Shown here piece after piece: positions 41,463-54,352 of a DNA stretch of 64,000 nucleotides (positions are counted from its first letter, which is position 1; every line of letters starts with the position of its first letter). The notes under the pieces are model-generated. The model was not told where the DNA came from, ran no database searches, and saw nothing but the letters and a program-made list of their open reading frames with translations. Made by a program: the position numbers and the translations under genes. Source of the DNA: Octopus sinensis (Eukaryota); NCBI RefSeq assembly GCF_006345805.1, contig NC_043000.1, forward strand, positions 139,872,001 through 139,936,000, read 5' to 3'.

Positions 41463-42419
41463 ATGTTTTTTTTATTAAAGAATTTTCTTTCTTCACTGTT
41501 CCTTTACGATGCAAGAGATATAACACTAACTAGCAATATATAAAACTACACGTATTGTTTACCGTAAAAAGCAGATGCGCTTTTTAAGATTCTCTATGTT
41601 CTTAGCAGAATTTTCAACAGAATTCATTGCTATGTCTCCGAGTGCAGACATTTTTGTTCCAGTCCTTCCTAATTACATTCAGATGGCATACTCTTATTTC
41701 TAATATCATCATCAACATCATTGTCTTCATCCTCATCGTTGTCGTTGTAGTCGTTGCTTTTGTTTTTGTTGTTGTTTTTATCGTTGTCGTCGTCATTGTC
41801 ATCATCATTATCATCATCATCAATACTTCACAACGTATAACTTGCTTCTGTCTTTATATTATATATACACACACACAACACACATATATTTATTGGTAGA
41901 GGATTATAAATTCAATACAATATAAATAAAACTGTGGGAAATGTTTAATAATTTTTATTTTATTTTATCGTACTTGTTGGTTGATAAATCGTTGTAGAAG
42001 TGAAAATGATTTCATTTAACATAAATTATCAATACCATATGAATTTTCGCTTTCGATGTTAAATATACTGTCTGCGAGCTGCTGTAATTCTTAGAGTTGA
42101 TTGTGAACCATTTTGAGTTGTAATGGTTCATAAAGTTGCGGCAAAACTCTTGGAGCTGTAATGGTTCGTACAGCCAGTGTGCGGCACTATGATTTACACT
42201 GGTTGACGGCCCTATTATATAGTTCTGTGACTATATATAACTCTAAATTGAGCAATCTCTCTATCTATAAAGCTGAAGTTGTCTTTGTATGGCAGGTTTG
42301 GTAGCCTTCAACTAACACTATCTCCTCCGAGAGCCAGCGGCGCAAGTTAACCAAAATTGAGAGTATGATAGAAGAAGGCTTGCTCTTACTTCCGTAGAAA
42401 AAACAATTCAAATCGGACC

Positions 42420-42650
42420 ATGTTAACACCAAAAATTATTTACATAAAAATGGTGCTTTTTTGTCTATGAAAATCCCTATTTTTTACGATTTGTTTATTG
42501 CTGTGTCGCCATTTTTCGGTGTATTTCAACCAGAAAAATGTTCACTTAAAGAGAATAACAAGCTACATAATGCAAAATGTTTACTTTTCAAAAATTCCAA
42601 TTTTCTAAAGGGTCGAAACAAACCCGAGCAACGCCGGGCGATACTGCTAG
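42420..42650 (+). mobile_element. Helitron 3' terminus
   Basis: Subterminal inverted repeat cccgagcaacgccggg (42623-42638), then ctgCTAG|T (42647-42651). Confidence 0.7.
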
Positions 42651-43164
42651 TGTTAAGTTAAGTTAAATTTTGCGACAGTTTGAATGAAATGCACTTGAGC
42701 AAAAGCATGTAAATGTTAAATTCATTCTGATCGGCGGTGGAAAGTACTTATGATTAGATCTCTCTATATTTTATGCTTACTCATGACCCTGAAAGACTAA
42801 ATTCTGACTTACTTTCGCTAGTAATATAAATATAATCCATAAAATATAAAGATATATGTTCATCACAATATTTTAAGATATAAATCCTTTGATTGTTGAG
42901 CAGAGCACGGGCATGCCCGGACACAACGGATATAATTTTTTCTGTTACCGAGGAAAACCGCACCAGTTGAACTTCCCTAGAAAAGCACGAGCGCGCGCGC
43001 GCACACATAGAGCATATACGAGGCCACTGTAATCATGATTGGAAATCAAAAAAATTTGTCCGTGACTCTTCCACTTTTCCTCGTCCTCTTTATACCTTTC
43101 TTCTTCTACTTCCACTTTTCTACTTGTGTCGCCACCATTTACACCTACACAAACATTCACACAC

Positions 43165-43365
43165 TTTCAAAATGTGAACGCGCGTGTACCGTTGGCGATT
43201 TTTTCTCCTCCGTCTTCCCTTCCTTGGATCTTTCCTTTTCCTTTTTTTCTGACGTAGAGCTCCGCTCGAAACGTTAAATCCTCCTTGTTTCTTTCCTTTC
43301 CTATACTTGTTCCACGTCCTCGCGTTGTTGTGTTTTCTCTTTGTGTTTTCATGTTTGGATTAAAT
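43165..43365 (+). mobile_element. Family H repeat with minimal hammerhead motif
   Basis: ttt-CTGACGT-A-GAGC-tcc-GCTC-GAAACGT-T-aaa at ~43246-43278; ends in (TA)n. Confidence 0.8.
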
Positions 43366-43382
43366 ATATATATATGGATGGA

Positions 43383-43762
43383 AGCACTCCGTCGGTTACG
43401 ACGATGAGGGTTCCGGTTGATCCGAATCAACGGAACAGCCTGCTCGTGAAATTAACGTGTAAGTGGCTGAGCACTCCACAGACACGTGCACCCTTAATGT
43501 AGTTCTCGGGGATATTCAGCGTGACACAGAGAGTGACAAGGCCGGCCCCTTTAAATACAGGTACAACAGAAACAGGAAGTAAGAGTGAGAGAAAGTTGTG
43601 GTGAAAGAGTACAACAGGGATCACCACCATCCCCTGCCGGAGCCTCGTGGAGCTTTTTAGGTGTTTTCGCTGAATAAACACTCACAACGCCCGGTCTGGG
43701 AATCGAAACCGCGATCCTATGACGCGAGAGTCCGCTGCCCTAACCACTGGGCCATTGCGCCT
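43383..43762 (-). mobile_element. SINE-C, full length (C head, C tail)
   Basis: A box TGGCCCAGTGG, B box GGTTTCGATTCC; tail hairpin gttccggttgatccgaatcaacggaac. Confidence 0.93.
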
Positions 43763-43806
43763 ACACACACACCACACATATATATAATATATATATATAT
43801 ATATAA

Positions 43807-44050
43807 AATATTAATTCGAGACAAAACCACTATTTTTGCAAACAAACAAGGAAAGACTTAATCAATACATAAAAATTTTAATATAAAGTAAATACTTTAT
43901 ATTAAAATTGTTATGTATTGATTAAGTCTTTCCTTGTTTGTTTTGCAAAATAGTGGTTTTGTGTCTCGAATTAATATTATATAATATTTTACTATTAAAT
44001 TGATTTAATCCTAAATCTGATTTTTTCCCTGTAAATTTGGATTTATTCCC
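43807..44050. repeat. Family X element with terminal fold-back (~84-bp arms, 2-nt loop)
   Basis: Arms 43807-43890 and 43893-43978; unpaired leader 43980-44050; (TA)n on both sides. Confidence 0.9.
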
Positions 44051-44057
44051 TAATATT

Positions 44058-44099
<42 letters not shown>

Positions 44100-44350
44100 C
44101 AAAAATAAGGGTGAAAAATTGGATATTAATTTAATAATACCATCAATTTAACACCAAGTGGCTTAGCACATAAAAACCAGGGATACAATAAAATTTATGC
44201 ACAAATATAAGAGTGACCACTATATGGTCGATTCTTGCGCTAAAAATAGATTCGCTATGGTATTAGCCACTAAAATTTTTAGTGGCTAATACCATAGCGG
44301 AATTTTTAGCGCAAGAGTCGACCATATAGTGGTCACTCTAATATATTTGT
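44100..44350. repeat. (TA)n-embedded element: leader plus ~70-bp-arm fold-back
   Basis: Leader begins aaataagggtgaaaa; palindrome 44201-44350 centred at ~44276 with essentially no loop. Confidence 0.9.
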
Positions 44351-44734
44351 ATATATATATATATATATATAGATATATATATATATATATATATTAGTGT
44401 AGTGTTGGCAGGAGGTAGAAATGCACTTGGAGACTTCAAACAGGTTTATTTACATTTATTTAAACACTTTCAAATTTTCATGTTTCTTTAAAAGTACTGT
44501 GAAACCACTCAGGTAAATGCAAATCAGTTGTTTTAAAAACTCCATGTACATGTTCAGCCTTTTTATTCTTTATATATTTACCTGTTCGAAATATCTATTT
44601 TCTTGTATACATATATACACATGGATAAGAAAAATAAAACAAGAAGTTAAATGAAAAGGATGTGAGAAAAAAACAGACATCGACTGCAACTGTTCCTCAT
44701 CAGCTCACTTCACTCTAACCACCTTACACATAGG

Positions 44735-45113
44735 AGCACTCCGTCGGTTGCGACGATGAGGGTTCCAGCTGATACGATCAACGGAACAGCTTGCTCGTGA
44801 TATTAACGTGCAAGTGGCTGAGCACTCCACAGACACGTATACCCTTAACGTAGTTCTCGGGGATATTCAGCGTGACACACAGAATGTGACAAAGCTGGCC
44901 CTTTGAACTACAGGTACAAGAGAAACAGGAAGAAAGAGCGAGAGAAAGTTGTGGTGAAAGAGTACAGCAGGGTTCACCACCACCCCCTGCCAGAGCCTCG
45001 TGGAGCTTTAGGTGTTTTCGCTCAATAAACACTCACAATGCCCGGTCTGGGAATCGAAACCGCGATCCTCCGACCGCGAGTCTGCTGCCCTAACCGCTGG
45101 GCCATTGCGCCTC
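44735..45113 (-). mobile_element. SINE-C, full length
   Basis: Colinear with 43383-43762 and 46811-47191. Confidence 0.93.
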
Positions 45114-45259
45114 CCACCACCTTACACAAACATAGTTACCAAATACAAACATCCCTATGATCCCTTGACCCAACAAGGTCCCAAATATTTCATATCTATT
45201 GCCGTCGAAGAGTGTGTTGCCCAAGCTTTCAATTTTTCTATTTCTATGTAGACATGTTT

Positions 45260-45634
45260 TAGGAGTGGCTGTGTGGTTCCGGGTTCAGTCCCATTGCATG
45301 GCACCTTTGGCAAGTGTCTTCTACTATGGGCTTGGGCCGACCAAAGCCTTGTGAGTGGATTTGGTAGACAGAAACTGAAAGAAGCCTGTCGTATATATGT
45401 ATATATACATGTGTGTGTGTTGTGTGCCTGCGTTGGTTCCCCCAACAACGCTTGACAACCGATACCGGTGTGTTTAGGTCCCCGTAACTTAGCGGTTCGG
45501 CAAAAGACACCGATAGATTAAGTACTAGGCGGACAAGGAATAAGTCCTGGGGTCGATTTGATTCGACTAAAGGCAGAGCTCCAGCATGGCCGCAGTCAAA
45601 TGACTGAAACAAGTAAAAGAACAAAAGAACAAAG
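45260..45634 (+). mobile_element. SINE-B with deletion inside the tRNA head
   Basis: ggagtggctgtgtggt|tccgggttcag; rest colinear with other SINE-B copies. Confidence 0.9.
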
Positions 45635-46324
45635 ATATATATTTATTCTTACATAACATAGAACTCAATGTAAATGAGTTAAGCATTAAAACTATATTTT
45701 CAGATATGCTACGTGTCCATGAAGCAATACGTGCTAGTGTTTTATTACTTCTATCTCAACAGAAATCTAACTCAATATATTAAAGAACAGAGATGTCTGT
45801 CCTAAGAGAAACCTAACTCACTCTAACAATATTAAGCGTAGCAACAACTATCACCTTAGATCCTCATAAAAAGCAGGAAGCAGATCTACACTAGGATGAT
45901 ACAGTAAACGAGACTAACTTATGCTCAGTGTCTCTAATATTGCTTTTACTCTTAACTTTCTCTAGGCACGTTAGTCAATCATTCCTTTGCAGAAGAGTGA
46001 CCTCCTGATACTATCTCTATACACGAATTTCCCACCACATTAATAATTCAACAGAGTTCAATCGAAACGTCAACTGAATTTAGAAGAGATCATAGATTTA
46101 CTTGAACGCAGTCTGAATCTTCATTCCGACGCTACTTAAGGTTTCCTGTTTCACAGGCATTCAGTCAAGGAGCCTGATTTGAATTAACACATAAGAATCA
46201 TATTCTTATGAACAGACGAATGAATATGTGTATACATATACATATATATACATTTACATATATCATATATGTGTGTTGTTAGGTAGGTCGGAAGGTAGAT
46301 GAACTGATAGATCGATACTTCGCG

Positions 46325-47247
46325 TCTGGTAGAATTAAAAGGGATAATTCACTACAAGTTCGTTCCTGATGGTCAAACCATCGAGGCCAACCTGTACATT
46401 AAACAGCTTGAGGGAGTGTTATGCCATTGTGCGGCAAAAATTCCCGGTGTTATTCAACAGAAAGCGAGCTCTTCTGTAGCAAGACAACACAAGACTTCAT
46501 ACCACTCCACAGACCCAGAATAAACTCCAGAAACTCAAGGGAATCAGATTGATGCTACACCCAACACATATTCCGCACCTATCATCCTCGAATTATTATT
46601 ATTTGTTTCAATTCAAAGCTGACTTCCTGCGCTGGTAACGTTTCATCAACCACGATGCGGTGGGAGCTTCAGTGAAGGAGTTTTTCGTCTCGAAGGATAA
46701 GAACCGGTATCATGACGGGATCAAAGAACTTGTTGAAAGGTGGCTTCGGACGATGCAACACGGTAGGCTCTACTTTAAATGCTACGCTACTCTGGTTGTA
46801 TCTTAACGAGTGGAGGCGCAATGGCCCAGTGGTTAGGGCAGCGGACTCGCGGTCGTAGGATCGCGGTTTCGATTCCCAGACCGGGCGTTGTGAGTGTTTA
46901 TTGAGCGAAAACACCTAAAGTTCCACGAGGTTCCGACAGGGGGTGGCGGTGATCCCTGCTGTACTCTTTCACCACAGCTTTCTCTCACTCTTACTTCCTG
47001 TTTCTGTTGTATCTGTATTTCAAAGGGCCGGCCTTGTCACTCTCTGTGTCACGCTGAATATCCCCGAGAACTACGGTAAGGGTACACGTGTCTGTGGAGT
47101 GCTCAGCCACTTACACGTTAATTTCACAAGCCGGCTGTTCCGTTGATCGGATCAACCGGAACCCTCGTCGTCGTAACCGACGGAGTGCTTCCTACCTGTA
47201 TCTTAACGAATAAAAGATGCCAAAATATATCCTAAACATTTGACTCA
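46325..47247 (+). pseudogene. Mariner transposase C-terminal relic interrupted by SINE-C
   Basis: KGIIHYKF.PDGQTI.A.LY..QL, QDNTRLH (HDNARPH), HPTHIPHLSSSNY (HPPYSPDLAPSDY), GIKELVERW; TIR-like end resumes after the SINE. Confidence 0.8.
46811..47191 (+). mobile_element. SINE-C, full length, with 13-bp TSD
   Basis: TSD tgtatcttaacga at 46797-46809 and 47197-47209. Confidence 0.95.
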
Positions 47248-48049
47248 ACACAATAGATATGAAGATAGGTATCATGATAGATATATATACATATTTATAA
47301 ACGTATGTGCGTACTTGTTGCAAACCTATGTAAGCACGTATATGTGTAGGCATACCCACACGCCACGCTCTTCAATTCATCTTATATTTCATGCCAACAT
47401 CAATAATTAAGCACATAGAGCTTGATTAATTAAGCCAATCAGATGGCATAATTGCTTTCCAACTACTTCCCAAATACCACCAACCTTCCTTTTCTACAAT
47501 CTCCAATCTTCCCCTTCTTTAATTTACAATTGACTAATCACTAAGTTTAAACATCTGCTGCCATCTAGATATAAGTCTAATCCCATTCTCCCTTACACTC
47601 CCTCTCACGTCCTCTCAGACTTTTCTCTTTCTCTCTCACCCATCGTTGCTTCGCTTTAGCTTCTCTCCCCCCGCCCCTCATTCCTCATTCTCTCATTTAA
47701 TTCTCGTTTTGTCTGTTAGTCCTTTATATCTTGCTTATCCAATCCAATCGTCCCCCACTGTCTCTATGTGCTTATATGTCTGCGTGTGTGTACATATGTG
47801 CCAGTGTGCGCTCGCGCGAGAGAGAAAGAGAGAGACAGAACGTTTGTATGTTTGTATGTGCGTGTGTGTGCGTGTGTGTGTGTGTGTGTTTGTGTGTGTG
47901 TGTCCGTGTTTTCTTTTGACTTTCTTTGTCCAATTCTTTGTTTGGCTCCGTTTCTGATTCTTAGAATAAGCCTATTGAATACGCACATATATGCACACAT
48001 ACATATACACAGTTAAATGCACATATACACATATACATATGCAGTGCAT

Positions 48050-48112
48050 ATAAAGGCGGTGCTCCAGTAGGGCCGCAGTGAAATGACTGAAACAAGTAAA
48101 CGAATAAAAGAA
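48050..48112 (+). mobile_element. SINE-B 3' fragment
   Basis: aaaggcggtgctccag..gccgcagtgaaatgactgaaacaagtaaa. Confidence 0.8.
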
Positions 48113-48152
48113 TGCATACACTAACGCGCGCGCATATACATACATACATACA

Positions 48153-48190
<38 letters not shown>

Positions 48191-48319
48191 TGTACATATC
48201 TATCTATCCATTCATCTACCTATGTATCTATCTTTCTATCTATTTATCACTCTCATATATACATACACACACGCATATATATGTGTGTGTGTCTCTGTGT
48301 GTGTCTGTGCATGTATGTA

Positions 48320-48366
<47 letters not shown>

Positions 48367-48385
48367 GTGATATATATATATATCG

Positions 48386-48722
48386 TGGCACTCCGTCGGT
48401 TTCGTCGAAGATGGGTTCCAGTTAATCTGATCAACGGAACAGCCCGCTCGTGAAATTAACGTGCAAGTTCTCGGGGGAGATTCAGAGTGACATAGAGAGT
48501 GACAAGACTGGCCCTTTGAGATACAGATATAACAGGAAGAAAGAGTGAGAGTAAGTTGTGGTGAAAGAGTACAGCAGGGATCACCACCATCCCCTGCCGG
48601 AGCCTCTTAGAGCTTTATGTGATTTCGCTCAATAAACACTCACCACGCCCGGTCTGGTAATCGAAACCGCGATCCTATGACCGCGAGTCCGCTGCCCTAA
48701 CCACTGGGCCATTGTGCTTCCA
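48386..48722 (-). mobile_element. SINE-C with internal deletion
   Basis: Joins aacgtgcaag to ttctcgggg; otherwise colinear. Confidence 0.9.
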
Positions 48723-48724
48723 CC

Positions 48725-49226
<502 letters not shown>

Positions 49227-49841
49227 GTGTGTGTGTCCAAAACTTCCGCCGAGCTCAAGAGTCATACCAGGGTCTCACATTGCATCAACATTGACTCAAT
49301 TCAATGAACCTTTCTAGCAATGGTTTTGCTCGTAGATTGAGAAAGAAGCTAAGATATATGTGCACACACACAAACACACACACACACATACACACACACA
49401 CACACACACATATATGTGTGTGTGTGTATGTATCAATCTCCCTATGTCTAATCTCATCCCCCTCTTTCAATCTTTTTGCCTGTCCCTTTCTCTCAGACTC
49501 CCTCACTATCACTATCGCCTTCTCTCACTCTTTTCCCTCTTTCCTTTTCTCTGTCTATCTATATGTATCTTTTTCCTCATATTCTCCGCATTATATTATA
49601 TTCACACAGATCTGACACTTTGCCAACCAGACAAGTCAATCTGTAGTCCTAGTGCCAGCAATATGCCACACTGATGTCTACATCACTATAACCACTAACA
49701 ACGACAACGCCAACACTAACATTACTATAACCACTACAACCACTACCAGCACTACTACCACCACCGCTGCCGCCGCCACCACCATAACCTTCCCCAGCAC
49801 TACCACATAATCACTACAGCACACATAGCTTCTATCTTCTC

Positions 49842-50134
49842 GCCCTTTCTTCAAGCCTAGCCAGGCTCATGGGCCCGGTTTCCCGGTTTCTGTAGCGTAT
49901 GCGTTCCCCCCAGCTGGACGGGACACCAGTACATCGCAGCGTTACTCAAGAGAGAGTGAGAGAAATTTGTGGCGAAAGTGTACAATAGAGGTCGCCACCA
50001 CCCCCTGCCGGAGCCTTGTGGAGCTTTTAAGTGTTTTCGTTCAATAAGCATGCACAACGCCCGGTCTGGAAATCGAAGCCGCGATCCTCCGACCGCGAGT
50101 CCGCTGCCCTAACCACTGGGCCACTGCGCCTCCA
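49842..50134 (-). mobile_element. Chimeric SINE: C head/body with D tail
   Basis: Right part matches SINE-C head to gagagaaa.ttgtgg; left part matches SINE-D tail (gcctagccaggctcatggg..catcgcagcgttac). Confidence 0.9.
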
Positions 50135-50464
50135 ACACCACACACACACACACACACACACAGCTCTAACTAAAAAGGTTAGTAGTAGTACTATCGCCAG
50201 TACAAGGCATGAGTAGTATTGACACCATCAACAAACAAAAACAATTAACTCAGTCACCACCACCACCACCACCACTACTACTACTACTACTAGCACCATT
50301 ACCCTTTTTTTATCACCAAATTCTCCCATCCACAGCACCATAGCCATTACCACCGTTAACACCAGCAGCAACGCCACCCAAACCATCACAAGTTCAACCC
50401 GGTTCACCATTACAAACAAAAGAAACAGCATTAATGTTATCAGTGCCACTAATAATATCGATTT

Positions 50465-50657
50465 AAAATTTTGACACAAAGCCAGCAATGTCGGAGGTGG
50501 GGTTGACTTGATTACATCAAATCACGTGTTTAACTTGTACTTACTTTGTCGACCTGGGAATGATGAAAGACAAAATCGACCTCGAAGGGATTTCAACTAA
50601 GAGCGCAATGACGGACGAAATGCTATTAAGCATTTTGCCCTGTATGCTAACGATTCA
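50465..50657 (-). mobile_element. Old diverged SINE-A, tail type 2
   Basis: gacacaaagccagcaat..gtcgacctgggaatgatgaaagac..gctaacgattc. Confidence 0.7.
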
Positions 50658-51256
50658 TATTCCTTCATTACCTGCAAGGGGCTAAACATAAAGGGGACAA
50701 AGAAGGACAAACAAAGGGATTAAGTCGATTACATCGACCCCAGTGCGTAAATGGTACTTATTTAATTGACCCCGAAAGGATGAAAGGCAAAGTCGACCTC
50801 GGCGGAATTTGAACTCAGAACCTAGCGGCAGACGAAATACCTATTTCTTTACTACCCACAAGGGACTAAACACAGAGGGGACAAACAAGGACAGACAAAC
50901 GGATTAAGTCGATTATATCGAACCCAGTGCGTAACTGGTACTTAATTTATCGACCCCGAAAGGATGAAAGGCAAAGTCGACTTCGGCGGAATTTGAACTC
51001 AGAACGTAGTGGCAGACGAAATACCTATTTCTTTACTACCCACAAGGGACTAAACATAGAGGGGACAAACAAGGACAGACAAACGGATTAAGTCGATTAT
51101 ATCGAACTCAGTGCGTAACTGGTACTTATTTAATCGACCCCGAAAGGATGAAAGGCAAAGTCGACTTCGGCGGAATTTGAACTCAGAACGTAACGGCAGA
51201 CGAAATACGGCTACGCATTTCGCCCGGCGTGCTAACGATTCCGCCAGCTCGCCGCC
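50658..51256 (-). mobile_element. SINE-A trimer: one full-head unit plus two 184-bp head-truncated units
   Basis: Units 50658-50841, 50842-51025, 51026-51256, joined by gacgaaatacc|tatt. Confidence 0.95.
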
Positions 51257-51874
51257 CTAGCGTCACCGTTAATATCATCATAGCAGCAGCAACACTTCCA
51301 CCAACAACAAGGCTTCCACAACCACGACGACGACCACCACCACCACTAACAGCAACAACATCAACAACAACACCAGCAATGCATTTCCAACAGTACCTCT
51401 ACCACCATCACCATCATCAACACCAATACCGAACACAAAACAATACGAACACAACTGGCACCATCTCCACAGCCACCACCACCACTACCACAACCAGCAC
51501 GATAACCATCACCACCACAAATGGTACGTACCATCACCTGCACCACGGCCCTTTCATCCACTACCGTACACATCATTGTCACATCGCTGTCACACACCCT
51601 CGACCACGCATTTACCAACAATGTGTCGCAACCACACCTGTTACCGCTGCCAGCATCATCAACACCTCGCAATTCTACCAACGTTACTATGCTGTCATTA
51701 TATCCATTATCAGACAAAGTTATCAATATTAAAATTATTGTTTCATTCTTTAATTTTACACACCTTTCTTTTTCTGTCTGCCCCTCTCTCTCTCTCTCTC
51801 TCTTCCTCTCTTCACTTGCTCTCTTTTTACACTTTTGCTCTCTTATTTTCCCGCCTACCTTATCAATTTTTGTT

Positions 51875-51991
<117 letters not shown>

Positions 51992-52141
51992 CATATATAA
52001 TATATATATATATATATATATACATATATATATGTATGCATTATACACATATATGTATATATATATATGTATATATACATATATATATATGTATATGTAT
52101 GTATATATATGTATATATATATATATATATAATATATATAC

Positions 52142-52188
<47 letters not shown>

Positions 52189-52706
52189 GCACACACCCAC
52201 ATAATATTGTTGTGGTGTTTTTAAAAAAACACATAACCAAAGATAATATCTTTGTCATCATCGTTGTCGCTGTCATCATCAACAACATTAATGATATTTG
52301 CCCATTATGATTGTGATTTAGCAAAAGACAGTGGAATACAGATAAAGATAAAATAAGTTAGATTCTTCAATAAAATAGGAAATAATTCAATAATTCAGAT
52401 GTTGCAAATGTTAAAGTCTATAACGTCTCATGTCTGTAACATTTTCAATGACGTAGAAGGGGAAAATACGATAGACTAGTATTAGACGTAAAATGACTAC
52501 TGGGGTCCATTTGTTTCACTAAAAGCTTTCAGTTGTACTGCTCCAACATGGGCACTATCTAATGATTGAATCAAGTAGTAAATGAATAGATGAATATGCA
52601 TCTCTAAATGAAATTGAAATTTTTTTCCAAAAAATATCCATGGTAGCATTTCACAACGTAACGTAGATCTATGAAACTATATAACATGAATTTAGATTCA
52701 GTATAT

Positions 52707-53014
52707 TTATTTATTATTTATGTGCCCTTTTCAAGCCTAGCCAGGCTCATGGGCCCGGTTTCCCGGTTTCTGTGGCATATGTGTTTCCCCCCACCTGGAC
52801 GGGACGCCAGTCCATCGCAGCGTTACCCAAGAAACAGGAAGAGAGAGAGAGTGGGAGAAAGTTGTGGCGAAAGAGTACAACAGGGGTCACCATCACCCCC
52901 TGCCGGAGCCTCGTTGAGCTTTTAGGTGTTTTCGCTCAGTAAACACACACAACGCCCGGTCTGTGAATCGAAACCGCGAGTCCGCTGCCCTAACCATTGG
53001 GCCACTGCGTCTCC
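52707..53014 (-). mobile_element. Chimeric SINE: C head/body with D tail, 11-bp TSD
   Basis: Same architecture as 49842-50134; TSD attcagtatat at 52696-52706 and 53015-53025. Confidence 0.92.
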
Positions 53015-53385
53015 ATTCAGTATATAGATACATACATTTAGATATGGCATAAAAAATGATACGTAGGGAGGAGAATACAAAGAAATGAATTTACGTAAAA
53101 AGTGAACGGTGCTACTGAGGAGGATTTTCTGAATTTCATAATTATTCGGTTTATCAGGGATGTTTTCAAGAAAATCATTTAAGACTCCAAACACGTCAAC
53201 TACAATTGCGGTTTTTAGGTCTTCAATTACCATATTCTGCTCCTCTCGATTTCTTGGTCTTGGTACTTCGCAAATGTATCATACGCTTTAGCAGATACAT
53301 TTTTTTTTGTCTGAATGTACAGTAATGTCAACGAAAAGGTATGTCTTATTTTAAAATCTTTAGTGATGATATCAGGCAGTTGTGT

Positions 53386-53640
53386 CCAAGAAATCGAGAC
53401 GAGTAAAATGTAGTAATTGTAGACAAATAACCCCAGTAGTAATTGGCATGATTGGGGTCATATATGAGTTTCATGAAAACATCCCTGATAAAACTAATAT
53501 TTACGAAATTCAGAAAATCGTCCTCAATAGCGCCGTTCAAGCTTTACGTAAATTCATATCTTTGTAATACATAGGAATTAATGCTGAATTCCCCTCTCTA
53601 AATATCCTTTTTATTCCATATTTAAATGTATATATCAATC
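53386..53640 (+). repeat. Inverted duplicate of the LINE C-terminus (mirror of ~53020-53257)
   Basis: ccaagaaatcgag (53386) is the exact reverse complement of 53245-53257; peptides ENIPDK.N.YEIQKI.L.S.V..LRKFISL on both strands. Confidence 0.8.
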
Positions 53641-53736
53641 AATATAAGGGTAGCAAAAAAATTCAAGAAAAATTTATCGCCACCAGCGGTCTAGTGAGAA
53701 AGAAAAAATAGTCACAGACTATATATATATAATTTC

Positions 53737-53803
53737 AACAATATTAAGGAATGGCCCTGATGGTGAGTCGAATGGCCTATCAGGGCCATTCCTTTATATT
53801 GTT
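53737..53803. repeat. Short fold-back (25-bp arms, 17-nt spacer) inside (TA)n
   Basis: aacaatattaaggaatggccctgat / atcagggccattcctttatattgtt, one mismatch. Confidence 0.85.
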
Positions 53804-54106
53804 AAATGTATATATCTATATACTAAATCTAAATTAGCCTGATATGGTGCAGTCTGCGTACGAAAATCCAATAAAATTGTTCCTCCTTTTGTTTCGATTA
53901 CTGATAGAGGATGGTATCAAATGTTAGCATGGTCTGCACCATAATTGTCAAATAGTGTCCAGTGAATGTATTAGCTCACCTAATCATGTCTAGCTTTACA
54001 TTCAGTTAAGGGAAAACGTAGAGCACCCTGAAAATATATAGTCTATCGTATCGACTGGTTTGCCAGATTCTGCATTTTAGAGCTGATCTATTTCCGAGGG
54101 TAGTAA

Positions 54107-54352
54107 AGGTGTATCGCTTCGTGGTTAGGGTATTCGGCTTACGATCGTTAGGTCCTGAGTTCGATTCCCGGCGGCACGTTGTTCCCTTGAACAAGACACT
54201 TTATTTCATGAGGTTCTAGTTCACTCAATTAGCAAAATTGAGTAGTATCTCTGTTTCAAAGGACCGGCCTTGTCAGATTTTGTGTCACGCTGAGTCTCCC
54301 TAGGAACCACGTTAAGTGTACACGTATCTGTGAAGTACCCAACCACTTGCAC
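54107..54352 (+). mobile_element. Chimeric SINE: D-type head/body with C-type tail, old
   Basis: gttgttcccttgaacaagacactttatttcatg..aaaattgagtag (D) followed by tttcaaaggaccggccttgtca..tgtcacgctga..gttaag.gtacacgt (C). Confidence 0.75.

Noticed and set aside
43390-43455. cgatgag..hairpin..gaaa in the SINE-C tail
   Set aside because: Antisense to the SINE, lacks the CUGA core, and is better explained as the SINE 3' stem-loop.
46811-46890. tRNA-like sequences with A and B boxes here and at other SINE heads
   Set aside because: They continue into SINE bodies and lack a clean cloverleaf, so they are not called as tRNA genes.
50658-51256. Regular repeats superficially like a CRISPR array
   Set aside because: Eukaryotic context; units are 184-bp SINE monomers with no unique spacers and no cas genes.
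51229-51732. 167-aa Thr/His/Pro-rich ORF
   Set aside because: Derived from (CAA/CAC/ACC) low-complexity sequence next to a SINE.
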